DNA from: Trichosphaerium sp. ATCC 40318
Taxonomy: Eukaryota > Protista > Tubulinea
Reading direction: 5' to 3'
Length of the DNA stretch: 64,000 nt
NCBI GenBank assembly: GCA_038496445.1
Contig: JALMLS010000390.1
Coordinates: 50,653-114,652, forward strand
Shown: positions 26,160-38,976 of the stretch, piece by piece
Position numbering within the stretch: the stretch's first letter is position 1
How the letters are laid out: each line of letters opens with the position of its first letter
Translations under genes and position numbers: made by a program
Notes under the pieces: generated by a model
The model's input: the letters and a program-made list of their open reading frames with translations, nothing else
Databases searched by the model: none
Told to the model about the DNA's origin: nothing

Positions 26160-27234
26160 TTACATAGTTTTCGCAACCTGTAACCAGTAAGTAAAGTGAA
26201 ATTATATATTGTTGTAATAGTTTTACCTTTCTGTATTCTGTCATCTTTGTGCTAGGGCATTGCATCATTTCCCAACTGATTGGAATCATTGTACTTCCGC
26301 CAACACTTTTGGCAAATATTACACCGTATGTGTTTTGTGCTGTTGATAGGTAGTACCCAGATCTTGAATCTTTTCAATATGTTAATATAGTACTAATTGG
26401 CCCATATTGAGTTTTCGATTAACTTACCTCCAAGAGATACAACTTGAGCTCTAATAATGTCACCAGGTCTGAAACATTTGTACATTTCTACTTGATCTGT
26501 TTTTGTCAGTCGTACGTCATTAACACGCACAACGCCTTGGTTCAAATCAGTGACAGTCGTTTATTGTGAGTGCATTGATAATGGAATCAAAAAAGCGACA
26601 TGTACAAAAAAAACCCACAAAAAGATTTCATTTAATTTGTTTTGTGGTACAGTGACGTACCTGGGAAAGGTGATGGTAGTGCTTTATCATGCACAGATAA
26701 TATATGTACATTTGCGCGCATTGTATTGACCATAGTGACCTATAGGAATGCTTACAAGGAGAACGAAGAGGCTGGCTTTTTTTTTTGCATACCCTAGCAA
26801 TTACTATGCTGCCTTGTGTTGGTACTACTGTCTCTTTTGCGGCGGCTTGAATAACTGCTATGACAGGTTTGTCCTATGAGTGTTAGAGGCTGCGCACGAA
26901 TTGCTCTACGCGATATTGTGTGCTATGGAGTGGCGTAGAATGTTCGTTGATTGTGTTTACACAGTGACATGCTAAACAAAAAGCGTACTTTGTCTGTGAC
27001 GGCATCAGTTATTGTTACAAAACCAACTAGGACGCTATGAGCACTTATTGAACGCGTTTTTATGTACCTAAACACGAGAAAATTTTGCCATCGCGTTTAT
27101 ACGTTCCTAGGCGCAATTTAGGGACCGTCGCGGATAATTATCGATGTTTTACCTTCACCTGCGAAAAATTTATCTGCGGTCTTTGCTACACAGGTCCCAG
27201 GAACTACGGCACCTGTTTGTGTTTCTTTTTCCAT
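26160..27234 (-). CDS. CSL4: Exosome complex component Csl4 / EXOSC1
   Basis: VVPG..FFAGEG, VVPTQGSIVIAR-VT, GVVRVNDVRLTKTDQVEMYKCFRPGDIIRAQVVSLG-DSRSGYYLSTA..GVIFAKS..MIPISWEMMQCPSTKMTEYRK-VAK. Confidence 0.93.
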
Positions 27235-27373
27235 GCCTAAAATAATGTTATTTTTTCTAGTGCGATTCTTCACAATTCAAACTGCCTGTTAAAACCTGCG
27301 CTTAATGCTTTGGGTTGTGTAGCCTTATTTAAACTTATTACAGAGCACCTGAGTTTACATTAGTACCAGGGCC

Positions 27374-30300
27374 ATGATTTTGGCGAGAGGATGCGTAGTT
27401 CCCAAGCTCACTGCCAAAAAATACCGTACAAGCGTATTTTTATCAATCCAGACTGATGTAGCGTAGATAACCGAACATCGTCCGTTCAGCGTGTCACTGC
27501 GCTCACGCCAACGCGTGTATTTAACAATACACCCTCCAGATACATCTTTTCAGCTACACGTTATTCTCCTCTTACATCGCATGCTATAAGTGTTAATAAT
27601 ACATTGGCGCTAACGCCATCGCGATTCTTGACAGACAAGTCTACGAACAAGAAGAAAACCAGTAATACAGCCACTAAAAAGACCAAAACTGCTAAAAAAG
27701 GAGGTAAAACCGCTTTGGTGCCGTTGTACTGCATATAACTGCTTACAAAATTTTTCCAAGGTGTCACAAAAAAATCTTCTCTGAAGAGCTCCAAAACAGC
27801 ACTAAAGACTAAAAAGAAAATAATACGAAAAAAGAAACCGCCTACATTAGATTCAAAGAGCAACTCCGAGCCAACTATTACAAGCCTGTCAGATTTCGCA
27901 GAATTATTCCCTATCGATAGAGAGGTACGCCAAAACATCGCTCCACGATATGCTTTATATTACAACAATGTTGTCTTATACTAGCGTTTTCTAAAACGTT
28001 TTTGTAAGTGGTTATGAACGTAAAAAGACTGATAAAATTCTTACTTTTAGGTTGACATTGAAAAAGAATTTCCGGATGAGTTGCCAGATGACATGAAGGA
28101 GGAAGCTGATATGGAACTAGAACAAGCTGAAATGGAGTTAGAAGCTATTAAGAAATTTAAAAAAAGTATTCAAAGGCCGAAATCAGGAGACAAAAAGAAC
28201 TTGGACAATGTTGGTGCAAGCGAGAAAAAAGATGTTTCAAAATCAAAAAATTATAAATCAAGAATTACAGACATACAACGTGAGGAGATAAAGGATGAGC
28301 TTCAGATGGAGTATGAGGCTGCGTTACATGGTGGATTACCTAAGGAAGAGTTTGAAGGACTTGATGATGATGAGGATGATGTCGAAGGCGTAGAGATTGA
28401 CGCAGGTGAAGCCGATGAAGAAGAGTTTGATTTTGCGTTCCCAGAGGACTATGATAATATGGAAGAAGCTGGAGATGGTAGAGACAAAAAAGGCAAAGAT
28501 AATAGGGATGATGGACGTAAAATACCAAGAGCATTTGAGAGAGACGTAAAAGACTTGAACGTTCCTGTCAACGAATTAAATATTCAAAAACTAACAAATG
28601 AGATACTTGATTCAGCAACGTTTGCTGAACTGGGTATAAACCAAGAGGTTGTAAAACACCTCGCAAATGAATTTAATATTGTGGTACCTTTTGGAATTCA
28701 AGTACGTACACATATCGTCATTTCACGTGAGATGACAAGGCGGTTTTTAATTTTTGAAAAAAATTTCTTTTACTTGAGTTATTACATCTCAAATCATCCG
28801 TACCTCCCTATTATTGTACCTTAAGGTACTTAAATATCTTATTTGCCACTATGGTAAAATTGAAGGTATTTCAGTGGTCTACAGGAAATGAAAGCTTGAA
28901 TTTTGACATTCCTATGCGATTTTGCTGATATTTTTCTTTCTATAGAATATGTCTTTACCTACATTATTGGAAGGTAAAAATGCAGTTATTGCTGCTCAAA
29001 CGGGAACAGGAAAAACACTTGGCTATCTTCTTCCTTTGTTTGAAAAGCTTGCAGAAGACAAAACAAAGGCACGTATTAACACTCAATCGTACGTAACTTG
29101 AGCTCATAAAAAGTACAGCGTAAGGGTCAAAGAGCAAGAGCTATTATTGTACAACCAAACAGAGAACTTGTTAATCAATGTGAAGTAAGTGAAACTCCCC
29201 AAAATTATCACGTGTAAGGCTGACTCTTTAAAGGATGTATGTAGAAAATTAATGGAAACAAAGAGGTACTCACGTTTTCGGGTATATTCTATGGCTGGTG
29301 GTATGACGAAACCAAAGCTTGAAAGGCATGAATTAAATATTGGTGTTGATATACTTATTACAACACTGGATCGACTGGTAAATCAATTCGATCAACGTAC
29401 GTTTGCAGCCCGAAAAAATAACAATTGTTTTTCTTTATTAATATTTTTTGACACGCTTTTTTGTTCACAGGTCATTTTGTCTTTGAGCAAACACGTACTT
29501 TTATTCTGGACGAAGCTGATACTCTTTGGGCAACTGAACGTACTTCAGAGCTTACCTCAAAAGTTTTTCAAGAACTTCGACAAGTACGAGCATCCATTTG
29601 ATTTGTGTCAAAACAGCTTTTTTTTGATAGCATTGTTATCTTACATCGTTGATAGGCAGAAGCGGTCAGTAGTACTGCATTGAAGGTCCAACATGTTTTT
29701 GCAAGTGCAACAATAACTAAACCTTTGGCTACAATGATTGAGAAAGAGTTTCCTGTATGCTCTTTTTGTCGTTTTTTATATTGTTAGCACAAATCTAACT
29801 TTCTTTTTAGAAAACTGTTGAATGTATAGCACCAAATGTACATAGAAGTGCACCAAATACGAACCTTAATTTCATATACGGCCATGGACTGAACTTTAAA
29901 GAAGGTACAAGCCATCATAAATAACAACGAACTAGTTTGGTTTTGCTTACCTTTTTTTTCAAAAAGCACTTCTTCCACAGGTTCTACAAGAACACAGAGG
30001 AAAGAGATCTTTAATCTTTGTAAACAGCCTAGACGCTTGCGGAGGTGTAGTTAAACAACTAAAGAACAGAGGTACATACAATACAACAAAGTGTTCCCGA
30101 GTTGACAAAGCTTTCAACAAAGCTTTGGGTGTTTTTTTGTTTTTTTACGAGAATAAATGCCGTTTAGGTTATCCTGTATCTAAAATGCACAGAAAAATGC
30201 CGTACCGTATGAGAGCAAAGGATTTTGAACGGTTTAAAAGTGGTAAGACACAAATAATGGTTGCAACTGATGTTGCATCTCGTGGATTGGATTTTTCAGA

Positions 30301-30799
30301 TGTACCTGTACGTTCGTTCTTATGGTGAACACTAGCCGATAGCAGGTGATTAACACGCTCGGTTTCTTGTAGGTACAACACCTTATCTTGTATGACTTTC
30401 CAAGGAATGCTATTGATTATTTACACCGTATTGGACGTGTTGGAAGAGCAGGTAAGCAGGTTTCTCAGCTTCGCTATTTGTTCTTGCCTGTGTTTTGTCG
30501 TTCTATTTGGTTCGGTACTTACTGTTTTTTAAGGCCTTCAAGCGCATGTAACAGGATTTGTGGGGTTGCGAGATCAGTCAATGGCACACAGAATCAAGAA
30601 TGCGTTTGCAGAAAATAAGAGCTTACAAGAAGTTAAACCGGTTAAAAGCAAGCCTAAGCTCCTTGTGAAGTACGGATTTGACACAAAGTTGTTGTTTTTG
30701 GTCTCATTTTTTTGTCACAGGCCAAAACACGTAAGGATGATACGTCAACAGAAGAGACAAGAACGTAAAGCACGCCAACGGTCAATAGCCAATAAATAA
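27374..30799 (+). CDS. DEAD-box RNA helicase, probably organellar (DDX28/RH39-like), with long N-terminal extension
   Basis: Q-motif FAELGI..PFGIQ, AAQTGTGKTLGYLLP, QPNRELVNQ, ILDEADTL, FASAT, LIFVNS, VATDVASRGLDF, YDFPRNAIDYLHRIGRVGRAG. The basic Ser/Arg-rich N-terminus resembles a targeting peptide. Confidence 0.9.
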
Positions 30800-31043
30800 A
30801 TGTAAAGTACCACTTTGAGCTTATTTGTCAAGCAAATGTGACGTTTGCCGGTGCTTGCTTTGTTTTGAGTTTTTTTGGGAGTGATTCAGTTTGACCACGA
30901 CAACTTGGTGTTTGAGGTTGAAACGGTTTTTTATATCTCTGTACAGCAGTTTATTTCCTGTGGAGAGGCATAAAATAACAATACAGCGTAACGAGCGCAA
31001 AAACGTCCACAAAAGCGCGTAACAAAATTAGTGGAGTGCTGCC

Positions 31044-32804
31044 ATGGGTGTTTGCAGCTCTAGCCCTCAAACAAAACAGAATCGGAAGATCAATCGAATC
31101 TTGGCAGGAGAGAAAAGAAGGGTAAATGAGGAGGTAAAACTTCTTTTACTAGGTAAGTCTAGTGTGTAGCTGTTTGTTACAACTCATTCTGTCGCGTACA
31201 TGCCTAATACAGTTTAGGACCCGGAGAATCTGGTTAGTGCCCTTTGCACTGTAATACAACACGCTAACCTTAAACGCCAGGAAAGTCTACAATCTTTAAG
31301 CAGATGAAGATCATATCGTCAGACAAGGGTATACAGATGAAGAATTACAAGGTTAGTTTAAACATACCGTACACCAACACCCAAAAATGTCGAAAACACC
31401 AAAAAAAAAAGACCAAAAAAGTTTGGCGTGTTTTACCAACCATTTTTAGGTTACCGCTTCGTTATCTTCTCTAATTGTATAACACAAATGAAGGCTGTAG
31501 TTCAAGCAGCAAAAGACCTTGAAATACCTTTGGAAGAAGAAAATAAGGTATACCTTCCTTTGCTAGGACCTTTAAACTGTCCTTTTTTTTGTACCGCTTT
31601 GACCGCTGTTTCGTTTGTATAGCGACATCCAAAAAAGACTGCTTATAATACTTCCTCTGTTCCCAAAGTTTTTTTTTTTGGTTTTCGTTCTGTGTTCTTA
31701 CGTGTTATCTCTTAGAAAATTGGTGCTTTGATTTCATCACTACCGTCTGGTGGTGACTCTTGGACAGCAGAGATAGGCGTTATTATTGAAAAATTATGGA
31801 CTGATTCTGGCATTCGTAAAGCTTTTGATCAAAGGGATAGATGTTATCAATTGAATGATAGTGCTATGTAGTACGTGGACACCCAAGATTGCTTTTGAAC
31901 GCCTTTCTGCGGTTTTTTTGTTGTTTGTTTTTTTTCTCACTTTTGGTGTAGCTTTTTTGAGCAAATGTCACGTATCCGTGACCCTTCTTATGTACCAAGT
32001 ACAAATGACGTACTTCGTGCTCGTGTGCGTACTACTGGAGTTGAAGAAGCAGAATTTTGTGTAGAGGATTTTGCTTTCCGCATGTTAGATGTTGGTGGGC
32101 AACGTAGTGAGCGCAGGTACAGTGTTTAGTATTTTTAAAGAAAAATCTTGAATAACTATGACGCCTAGCGTGGCAACTTTTTTTCTTTTTTTTCTTTGAC
32201 ACTTACGATTTTTTTTAAGGAAATGGATTCATTGCTTTGACAGTGTTACTGCTGTAATTTTTTGTGTGTCTATGTCTGAATATGATCAGACTCTTAGAGA
32301 AAATGAAGTACAGAACCGTATGAAGGAGTCTTTACAGCTATTTGGAGAAGTGTGTAACAGTGCGTAATTTATTATTTATTTTTGCATTGCTTTTTTGTTG
32401 AAAAAGTACTTTTGTTGTCTTTCTAATTTGTTCGTAAGGTTCTTGGTTCTTTAAGACAGATTTTATTCTATTTATGAATAAAATCGATTTATTCAAAGAG
32501 AAGATTAACCGTGTAGATCTTAAAGTATGTTTCGATAACTATAGTGGTACGTGGATGGTTTACAAGGAGTGTCAACGCTCTTTTTGAAGAATTAAGAATT
32601 TAATTTTTTTTCAAAATAGGTGGCTTAAATTTTGATAAGGCTTCCGCCTTTATAAAGCGTCGCTTCTTAGAAGTGAATCAAGCAAAGCATACGATATACA
32701 CGCACTTTACTTGTGCTATCTCTACAGAGAATGTAGAGTTTGTGTTCAGGTCAGTACGTGAGACAATCATCAAGAAGATTCTCGGACAAGTTGTCGCTTT
32801 TTGA
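31044..32804 (+). CDS. Heterotrimeric G-protein alpha subunit
   Basis: MGVCSS N-terminus, [22 protein letters not shown] (P-loop split around a 15-nt microexon), [49 protein letters not shown]. Confidence 0.97.
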
Positions 32805-33505
32805 AAAGAAATATTTTTTTTCAAACAAGCTTGCATGCAACCAAAACAAAAAAAAACCCTCAAAAAATTTTTACGGTGTTTCAACAACCGAGAAAAAAAA
32901 GAAAACACGAAGAAGAAGAAACTAACTCTCCACACCACTACTACCCCAAGAACACTTTAAAAAAAGTGGTGTCTTGCGTGCATTGCACTTGACCTTATTA
33001 TTATATTGCTATTTGCAAGACACTACAACCTCACACCTTGTATATATGATTGTAATTTAACCGAAAACTTGGCTTTAGTTGTATTTTTTTGTACGAAAAT
33101 ATTTTTGTGACATATCAGACAAAAGAGTTAGTTAGCTTCTGCGTTTTGTTCAAAACTATTGATCAAACGAAGTGCATTATATGGCTTTAGACCGTGTACA
33201 CGTACAGCCTTAAGATAAGAGCAGCTGTCTTCGTAGGTTTCAGAAGCACACTTTTTGTAATTTCGCTCAGAGCAAGAATTAAGAGAAGATACACTTTACG
33301 TACACGTATAACTTTACGTTCCAATTGGCTCTAGTATCAATATTAATACAAGTTTTCAGCGTCAAAGTGTCCCACTAATCCAAAGAATAGTAAGGTGAAA
33401 CCGAGATCACGTGATACTTTGGATTGAGTAATGTCAGCTTTTTATTGATAACATTTTGTGTCAACTACTCGACACTTCTCTTATTTCTTTCCTCCTTTTT
33501 TCGTA

Positions 33506-34333
33506 TTACTCTCCTATAGCTTCTCTGTATGCTTTGAATATATGAAAATGTACAAATGCATCAAAACCCTTGCGTAGCAAGGCTGGTATGATACCTGCAA
33601 AAAAAGCCGCGTAACCTGCTGCTTGGTACATATCTGAACAAAATTGAGAAATACCGAACGCCCCATAACGACCAGCTTGTAATGAGCACATATTAGAGGC
33701 TATAGCATCAAGAGGTACATTTATAACATGAACAGCTACACCAAGAGCCATCATTGCGTTAGGAGAAAGCCACTTTTTTCGAAGTGTCAAATCCAAAAGT
33801 AAAAATTGTATCATCAATGGAATGAATCCAACATAAATATCACTATAGAGGGATCCTGTGATAACAGCTGGTGTGATTAATCTCTCTACTATGCGTACTT
33901 GTATACAACGAGTTGGTGTATATACTAGAGCGCATGCGACGGCTAAAAAGTGTTATTCGTTAGCGGGTTTTTGTTTTATTTGAGTGAAAAGCTCAAAACG
34001 TACATAGGAGTACTCCAAATAGGATTTTAGACTTGATAACGCTTCCTTTAACGTATTTAAACATAATATGTCGTGTAGCCATCTAAATTGAGGTATAAGC
34101 GTTTGTACTTGCGTAAAAAAGCGTACTATAGGGAGTTTAGCGAGTAACGCAGGTACTGTTGCAGTATAGAATCCAAGTATGCCAAACTTGTTAATAATAT
34201 CTCCTAGCGTATCTACAGTGTTCGTATACGCCAGTTGCTGTATTATTTGAGCTGCTTGAAGCGGAATATAAACAAGCTTTGCTGTCAGGTTCGCAAAGAA
34301 AAGCGCAGCGTAGTCTTTCCATTTGGCATCCAT
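33506..34333 (-). CDS. Divergent mitochondrial carrier (SLC25) family protein
   Basis: Three repeats with P-kink helices (IPLQAAQ, TPTRCIQ, VPLDAIA) and G-x-x-x-[FL][YF] matrix helices (GILGFYT, GSLYSDI, GYAAFFAGIIPALL). Two short introns. Confidence 0.65.
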
Positions 34334-34541
34334 GACGCAAGATGTGATAACGTTATACGCTTTTGGGAGGAGTGAACTTAAAAACCAACCGACACAACTT
34401 AACCTTATCCTGTTATATAAACCAAGCTCTCACAGTGATGTATAGAGAATAGAGACAAACATGAGCACTTTGCGGGATGAAATACTCCTTGTTAAGTCAA
34501 TATAGAAGTAAAAGAAGGCAAACACTTTCAATCCACTTTCT

Positions 34542-36456
34542 TTATTCCTGAGGATCTTTCGCTACATTCTCGTGAAGTAATCTCGCCACTTTTTTGTATA
34601 TTCTTTGTGCAATGAGATTGCGTGATTTTGAACATTTGAATGTAATCCAACGATCAGCGTCTTGTGTGTGAAATCTTTCATAAAACGAAGAAATTCTTGT
34701 TTGGAATGAGATAAAGTTGTCCAAAACGCTCTGATTTGGGTCTCCGATATCAAGCCCTGCTTCGTAAACAGACACCAATGAATCCCCAGCCTCTACTTTA
34801 TAAGATAAGGCATCATCAGACAATGAAGGCTCGTTTTCCTTTGAACGGAGTAAAACACGTTCTGTTGCTAAACCTGGATCCACTCTACAATAAACAACCT
34901 AAACAATATTTTTAACAACTTGTTTACAGTCACTTGTCACCGTACCATATGAGGCCTAACGTTAACTGCATAAATATTCAATAGCCATTCCTTTCTGAAT
35001 CCACGTGCTTGACCACGTGCAACACCAGTGAACCAGTATCTATCAGATACTACAACTTTTTTTGATTGAAGCGCTGGAATTATACTCTTTGTTACTATGA
35101 ACTGAAATTCTAATGCTTGCACAACTGTCAATAATACGCTCCTCATATCCTCTTCACGTTTTAGAAACTTAATATACTTGTAGTGTACACCCTTACGACA
35201 CCAGCGAGTTGTCAAGGTCTATACAGATGAAAATGAGAGGTTAACATATTGGAGTGACATACTGAAAAGTTCCATCTTAGTTTTGATTGTAGCATCTGGA
35301 CTTGAGTAGATTTTCCAGCCCCATCAAGACCTATTATGTTGTTTAGATACGTTAAAGCTCCATTAACTAATGACCTTCAAAAACAATGAGTATTCCTTTT
35401 TGAAGCTTTGTTCCACGTAGGAATATGATTAGAGCTGCAAAGAGTACCATCAAAATGTAAAATTTCATAAAACTTTCAAAATCAGGATCAGACAATGGTG
35501 CTACCATCACGAATACTATAATCAATATTGACGCAAGTATTTGAACACTGTCATTAAGTGGGTTCAGATCTTCAATGACTAGAATGAGGTCATCAACAAA
35601 GACAGTAAACAGAAGAGTGAGTACCTTCTTTGTGAATGTCAAATCGGATTGTGTTGTAGAAACCACAGATGAACATAGATGCAGCAAGATTAATCAATAT
35701 CGCTTCATATCGTTGTAAATACAAGGGTATACAACAAACAAAAATAAATACTAATACTGGAGGCAATGGCTAATAGTTGAAGAGTAAGTTAAAAGTACAA
35801 AAAAAACCCATCACCCATTTTGATGTTACAACAGCTTCTCTTTTAAACTCTCTTTTCTGTTCCAATATGGCGTCATATGGTCTTCTCACTGGTATTATAG
35901 GTACTACTACATCGGGTTGTAATTGATTAATATGTTCTTGTGTACTTAGAAGAAGACCATCAATCGCTCTTGAAGTTACAAAATCTTGCCTACCGAGATA
36001 TTCACGCAATGACTCAACAAGCGAAATGCTACATTTCATTTGGTTTAAAATCTTTGTAAACCCTGTCATATTCAAGGCAACACTTTCAAGAACCTTTGTC
36101 AGCATTGCCTCAAAGTTTTTATATTCCCTCAAGCGTCCATTCCTCAGTTGATCTTTTTTTCATGAAAATGTCATAAAAACATAACAACTTTTTTTTTTGT
36201 ACCAATGCGCTGAGACCTCGTTTGACATTTCCTTATCATCCGTTTAAATCCATCATTTACTTTACAAATTTGACGTTTAAACTCTTTTGTGATGACACTG
36301 TTGCTCACTAATTGTTTTAATACGTTTATGCTATTCTTGACGTTACAACGTACCAAAGCGTTGCTTCACTACACCCAAAAGTTTTGTATAGTCAAGGTAC
36401 GTATGTTCTTGAGCTTTTTGGCTTTGTAAGTACAAAGCGTACTGAGTTTGAGCCAT
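34542..36456 (-). CDS. SPX domain + 4 TM helices + thymidylate-kinase-like (PPK3-like) P-loop kinase fusion, 8 exons
   Basis: The frame is continuous across 7 GT-AG introns: YLDYTKLL / EFKRQICKVNDGF / LNMTGFTKIL / FVTS (SPX); four hydrophobic helices; GILIVFEG-LDGAGKSTQ, IIPALQSKKVVVSDRYWFTGVARG, RPHMVVYCRVDP, YEAGLDIG..FISFQTRI. Confidence 0.85.
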
Positions 36457-37394
36457 GTTTTTGTTATTTTAACGTAAAACCGTTATTTTGACACGTCAGC
36501 AACAAACTGGGCTTAACAACTGTGTACAGTCAGCGCCACCAAGTTAGAGAACAACTAGCATTGATTAAACCATCTAGGCGTACATTAGTTCTAGATTGAC
36601 GGTGTTGTACCAAGGGTTGTTTTCACAATTTTTTTTGTGTGGTTTTTTTGGGAAAACTTGTGCAATATTTACAGCGCCAGGTTTTTCGTTTGATAGATCC
36701 ATCAGCGGTATTTACCAACCTTCATACCCTCTTACCATTAAATACCATTCTCATGCCTACTTCACTTCGCCAATGGATCGTTTTATTTTCGGGAAATGAG
36801 TTGTTTTTTGGGAAATTTGAAGAAAGACACGTGATTAACTTATCTAGGTTAACATTGTTGGCTGAAAAGTACCAAAAGAAATTCTGCTTTATCAGTAGAA
36901 GTAAAAGTAAATCTTCTGTGATGTGGAGGTAAACAAAGGCGAGAAATTTAAATGTTTGACCGGATAGACATTTTTCTAATGCGAGAATATTATGTTGGTT
37001 CACCTCGTTTAAGAGAAACGTCTGTTTTGTCCTTTTTAACCAAATGAGAAGTGAAAAGGGCGTTGCTTTGTTTAGCGATCTATATATGATATCAATTACG
37101 CATTAGTTGGATGTGTATTTCTCTATTACTTCGGAATATGTAGTGTCAACACAAAATTTGTGATTTCGTTAATTCATGTAATCAAAATTACCTTCTATGT
37201 TTTGACCCTTTGACCTTTGTTCTTCTTTATCTTTGTTAATCACGTGTACCTTGTTTTGATATTATTTTGGTAAAAGAACTTCCATGCTTCTAAGGCTGAT
37301 TGTAGTTAATTGATAATATCAGAATTTTTGTCGTCAACGGATCACAACTGTTTCCTTGCGTTCTGTTTGTTTAAAAATCCTACCTTTACAAATC

Positions 37395-38976
37395 ATGTAC
37401 ACCTCCACCTTAAATTACATATGCTTAATATCTATACTTGTAGTCTTTAGTTTGATATCCTCTTCGCTCGGAGATGTTGGTACGTTGCCTTTGAACTTAT
37501 GATCAGTACACCAAATGACGTAAGCACCTTACAGTGTATGCGTACATTTGCTGGCTTTACCACATTCTTCTTTTTTCTTAAAGCTAACCAGAATTACAGG
37601 TGTAGGCAGTACTGGAACATGTACCTATGAAACAACCAATAATCCACCTGTATCTTTCTTCTTTGGACAGAATGGTCCCAACTTTCCAGACTTTATTATT
37701 GACAATAATGAAGTTGAATACTTTGTAAATACTTTTGGGCGGATCCTCTCTCTTGATTTTACAGATAACAGCTTTGAGTATAGACTTGTACTCGGGACCG
37801 CCGCAACTGCCGCCATATTAGAATGTACATTCACAAGTGGCGATTTTGGTGGTACGACGAGGGTTTCATATAAAAAACCATTACATTGTGGTTACTCACA
37901 ACTTAAAACAGGTATTGCTATTGTTGAAAACTCATTAGACCTTATGGTTACAAGTACACCAACATCATTCACGTGCGTAATCGTACTATATTTTTGTTTA
38001 CAATTTTTCTTTTTTTTGCTACCAGCTAATATGTTTAGTGTGATGGTGCCTCAAGCGGCTACAAATGACCCGGACATTGTATTAAGACTTACACTTGGAC
38101 CAGCTACAGAAGCTCCTGTTGCGCCTGTATATGCAGATGACAGACAACCGTGCATGCGAAGACTATCTCAGATGGTAAATTAGTGATCATCTATATTCTT
38201 GTTGTTTCCTCACGGCAGTAACTTTGTGAGTAGAAAATCACGTGTAAATAAAGCGATCTCCACAAAAGAAGCTACTTTTTGTAAAATTTAATAACAGGAA
38301 ACTTGTGTCAATAGCTGACGCGGATGCCAACGCATGTGGATGAAGGAATTTATTTTGGAACAAGTTTATTTTTTTTGTACATATTATTTCGGTTTCAACA
38401 AAAAACTAACATACATTACTTCAAGTGTGTAATGGCATCCTACAGAGGGCTGTCAGCTGGACTCGCGTTTGGTGAGTATGAACTAGCTGTAGGTCAACTT
38501 AAAACTTGAAAACTTGCGATTTAGGCCCAATTTGGTGCTTTCTATCCTCCCTTTTTTAATCGAACAGTTCCACATTGTTCTGTTTCTTATGAACAGCTAC
38601 TTTCTTGACAGGTCAGGAGATGTCTTGTTTGTTGAGGTCTACCAAAGAGCAACATGCCAGGCGCTCCTTAGATTCTTATCCAACTGTTGCAACTTTTTGT
38701 TTTACCTCAGGTTTACAGATGGTTCAAACCCTTACCGTATAATGTGCCTTGCTGTGTAAATTAATTGTACAGAAAGTTACAACAGTGTGGGCGTTTAAAC
38801 AGAAAACTCGCACCATTTCGGCTTATTTAGCTTGGATGCCAAACATAGTTCCTCATTTTATTCAACCAAATAACGACGTGTTGCCTAGGTTTTTGTTACC
38901 AAATGTACACAAAAGAAACAAGTCTAAAACGCGTAGGACGCCTCTATTGTGGCAGGTGTGTAAAAATAACAAATGA
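37395..38976 (+). CDS. Secreted protein with beta-rich N-terminal part and Cys-rich C-terminal micro-exons
   Basis: Signal peptide MYTSTLNYICLISILVVFSLISSSLG, then exons GVGSTGTCTYE..., and Cys-rich short exons (CVNS, CGCQRMW, CLC.GLPKSNMP, CKNNK*). The exon structure at the 3' end is uncertain. Confidence 0.55.
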
